From Nitrosopumilus sp. (GTDB lineage Archaea > Thermoproteota > Nitrososphaeria > Nitrososphaerales > Nitrosopumilaceae): a DNA stretch of 64,000 nt. Under the pieces are notes generated by a model. That model saw nothing but the letters and a program-made list of their open reading frames with translations. It was not told where the DNA came from and ran no database searches. Shown in pieces: positions 61,219 through 64,000 of this stretch. The stretch lies in the NCBI GenBank assembly GCA_965224195.1, contig OZ245040.1:256001-320000 (forward strand). The letters are read 5' to 3'. Made by a program: the position numbers and the translations under genes. The stretch's first letter is position 1, and each line of letters opens with the position of its first letter.

Positions 61219-61575
61219 ATGTAATATGAAAAAATCTGTGATGAAATTTTAGAATGTGATAACGATATTCGATATGTTGGAGTATATGATTATGGAGATC
61301 TTTATGATAAAATGAAACCTGGACTAAAAAGTCATTTATCAAGGGAAGAAACTGAAATGTCATTATCTCAAGCAGTGTATCGTTGGTCTACACGTAAGAA
61401 AACTGCAGATAAAATTGGAAAACCAATTTATGCACTAGCAAAATATGAAAAAATTTATCGGGTGACAATTCCAATTGGTAGTGCAGGATTAATTTTGATT
61501 AGTATTGAATTAAATGCAGATGTAAATATGATTGTAGAAAAATTTTTAACAATTAAAAACAAATATTCTTCCTAA
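61219..61575 (+). pseudogene. Thaumarchaeal roadblock-like (DUF6659-type) protein with a nonsense codon at position 2
   Basis: ATG TAA then YEKICDEILECDNDIRYVGV...in frame with track ORF 61312-61575. Confidence 0.65.
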
Positions 61576-61578
61576 TTT

Positions 61579-61848
61579 GTGATTGATATGGATTTTCATG
61601 TTTTTGACTCATATGTAAAAGCAAAAGATGGACATACAATGCATTTTGATGTTGTTACAGATACAAGTAATTTAGAAAAGGCAATTTCCTATGCAAAAGA
61701 TTGGCTAAAATCTATCGGTGAAGAATCATCAACAATTACTGCAAATGAATGTAAATTTTGTCATACTCAATCAGTACCAGAAGATATGGAGATTGAAATA
61801 ATGATTATTGGATATTCTATTTCAAAGATGGAAGGATGTCCGAATTAA
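61579..61848 (+). CDS. DUF2024-family protein
   Basis: HVFDSYVKAKDGHTMHFDV, AKDWL, ECKFCH. Confidence 0.8.
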   Translation: MIDMDFHVFDSYVKAKDGHTMHFDVVTDTSNLEKAISYAKDWLKSIGEESSTITANECKFCHTQSVPEDMEIEIMIIGYSISKMEGCPN

Positions 61849-62468
61849 TCTACATCAAGAATTTCTTCTGAAATTAAATATTCTATTGCAGATAACAGAT
61901 CATTTTCTGAAATTGTTTCGTCTGCATACCATATAAATATGTCATGTACCCATGCAGGGATTTTAGATTGTTCTAAAGTTTCAGTTTCTAATGATTCAAC
62001 TTCAGTTTCTTCAGATGGTTCTAATTCCTCAATATCCTGAGTAACAATTACAGGTTTACTAGATTGAATTAAAGAAAATGTTGAAACTGCTTCAGATGGA
62101 CCAGACACAAAATAAATTCTCATTACATAATCACCAACAATGTTTGTTTCAACATCACCAGGTTCTAGATAATGTAAAATCTGAACTTCAAACAAGTTAT
62201 CCTCTATAACTTTAGGAAAAATTTCAGTAGTTTTAATAATTTCTCCATCACTTAATCTAGATATTTCCATAAAGTGTTAACCGTGTTGTGGATCATAATT
62301 TTGAATTTGGATGTGTGCTCGAATCATTTGTGGATTTTTATCAAGATCAATAGTATCTCCTGTAGTGAATTCTATAGTAATAACAGGTAGTTCTTCTAAT
62401 CCATAAATAGAATTTACTTGAAATAGCATAACAATTGAGAAAAGTCCAAGTATTATTTTTGAAATCAA
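61845..62468 (-). pseudogene. Secreted protein with thaumarchaeal IPxW C-terminal domain, split by in-frame TAA at 62277-62279
   Basis: Both ORFs share a frame (HG*HFME); C-terminal KIPAWVHDIFIWY..AIEYLI. Confidence 0.75.
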
Positions 62469-62551
62469 TTTTTATCTGAAATTAATTAAATTAGATTGGT
62501 TATATCTTTACTAGACGATTTTTTTGACAAATAAATTCCATTTTGGAAATA

Positions 62552-63418
62552 TTAGTTAAGCATACATGCCCCAAAAACACCTGCTGAATCACCTAATTTA
62601 TTTTTCAAAATAGGTGTATCAACCAAGTCAGAAAATATTTTATCATAAACAGATTTTTTTCCTTCAGTATACAAAAAATCAATGTTTGACAAACCACCAC
62701 CTAAAACAATCGCGTCAGGATCTAAAATATCAATAACATTTGCAAGACCATATCCAAAATTTTCTAAGAATTCATTTTTCCATTTTTGCCAATTATCATT
62801 ATCTATACTAGTAAGAATTTCAGGAAGAGATTGGGATTTTCCTGTCAATTTAGTCCAGTAATTTTCCAATGAAGGACCGCTAATGTATGTCTCCACGCAC
62901 CCAGTTTTTCCACAATAACACAAATTTCCATTTCGATGTAATGTATGATGACCCCACTCACCTCCAATGTTTGTTCTTCCCGGATAGAGTTTTTTATTAA
63001 TCACTATTCCACCGCTAACACCAGTTCCTAGTATTACACCAAAAACTAAATTAAAATCCATAGCAGTACCCAATGTTGCTTCAGCCAATGCAAAACAATT
63101 AGCATCGTTTTCCATAGAAATTTTTTTATCGAGTTTATTTTCTAAATCTTCTTTTAGTGATTTACCAATCAAACATTGAGTATTACTATTTTTAATTAAT
63201 CCAGTTTGTTTAGAAATTGCACCAGGAGTACAAATTCCTAATGAATAATCAGAAATATTTTCAGATATTTCTATCACTAAAGATGAGATAGAGTCTAAAA
63301 TCTTTTGATAATCATTTTGAGGTGTAGAAATTCTTTTTCTTTTGATTACATTGAAACTTTCATCTAGTAGAACTGCTTCAATTTTAGTGCCACCTAAATC
63401 AACACCAAGTTTGTACAT
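62552..63418 (-). CDS. ROK-family sugar kinase
   Basis: GVDLGGTK, ENDANC, GEWGH, CYCGKTGCVE. Confidence 0.93.
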   Translation of the reverse strand: MYKLGVDLGGTKIEAVLLDESFNVIKRKRISTPQNDYQKILDSISSLVIEISENISDYSLGICTPGAISKQTGLIKNSNTQCLIGKSLKEDLENKLDKKISMENDANCFALAEATLGTAMDFNLVFGVILGTGVSGGIVINKKLYPGRTNIGGEWGHHTLHRNGNLCYCGKTGCVETYISGPSLENYWTKLTGKSQSLPEILTSIDNDNWQKWKNEFLENFGYGLANVIDILDPDAIVLGGGLSNIDFLYTEGKKSVYDKIFSDLVDTPILKNKLGDSAGVFGACMLN

Positions 63419-63461
63419 AAATTATTTACAGGAATTAAAACGCTTAAGCTTAACTAAAATT

Positions 63462-64000
63462 TTATCCCATTCCACCAGGGGCACCAGATATTGCAATAAC
63501 ATCATCAATTCTTAGTACCATACATGCAGCTTCAGTTGCAGATTTGATTATCTGTTCTTTAACTACTATTGGTTCTACAACGTTGATTGCCATCATATCT
63601 GCAATTTTCATGTTTTTAGCATCAATTCCAGTCCATTTTTGACCTTGGTTTTGTCTTGCTCTAAGATTAGCCATTGTATCAATTGGATCCATTCCTGCAT
63701 TTTCTGCAATAGTAAGTGGAATTGTTTCTAGAGCTTCTGCATATTTTTTGATTGCAAGTTGTTCTCTTCCATCAAAATTATCAGCCCAATCTTTGAGTAA
63801 TGAGGCTGCAAATGCTTCAGGTGCACCACCACCAGCTACAATTGCTGGTTTTTCAATTACATCTTTTACAACCATTAAAGAATCATGAATTGAACGGTCA
63901 ACTTCATCAATTACTCTTTGAGTTCCACCGCGAATTAACATTGTAACTGATTGTGGATGTTTACATCCTTCAATGAAGACCCATTTATCAGATTCAACTT
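63462..64000 (-). CDS. Thermosome (group II chaperonin) subunit, 3' part; runs off window end
   Basis: LIRGG..DEVDRSIHD, AGGGAPE, VVEP..VK..SATEAA..LRIDD. Confidence 0.95.
   Translation of the reverse strand, partial: VESDKWVFIEGCKHPQSVTMLIRGGTQRVIDEVDRSIHDSLMVVKDVIEKPAIVAGGGAPEAFAASLLKDWADNFDGREQLAIKKYAEALETIPLTIAENAGMDPIDTMANLRARQNQGQKWTGIDAKNMKIADMMAINVVEPIVVKEQIIKSATEAACMVLRIDDVIAISGAPGGMG

Overview
AT-rich archaeal chromosome segment from an ammonia-oxidising thaumarchaeon (Nitrosopumilus-like, judged from the Amt, S-layer, A-type ATPase, exosome, diphthamide, TiaS, pantoate kinase and thermosome genes). Two housekeeping blocks flank a ~7.5-kb mosaic island. The left block (1-25.8 kb) has CoA synthesis, an ABC exporter, nucleotide kinases, a solo Cas4, atpC and amt. 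The right block (35-64 kb) has Ubl-E1/thrC, the his operon, hmgA, tRNA-iMet, tiaS, dph2, csl4, pheA, guaB/guaA, folate genes and a thermosome subunit. The island (~26.27-33.81 kb) holds virus-like fragments, three pieces of one IS5-family element, a nuclease-DGQHR gene with one in-frame stop, and a degenerate long-arm tRNA. It ends by truncating the major S-layer gene. The most striking structure is 28780-32439: a circularly permuted IS plus 2.6 kb of cargo, bounded by a 10-bp direct repeat. Circularising it through that repeat restores an intact ~307-aa transposase. Several further pseudogenes suggest ongoing genome decay. All product calls come from motif recognition by eye; no database searches were run.
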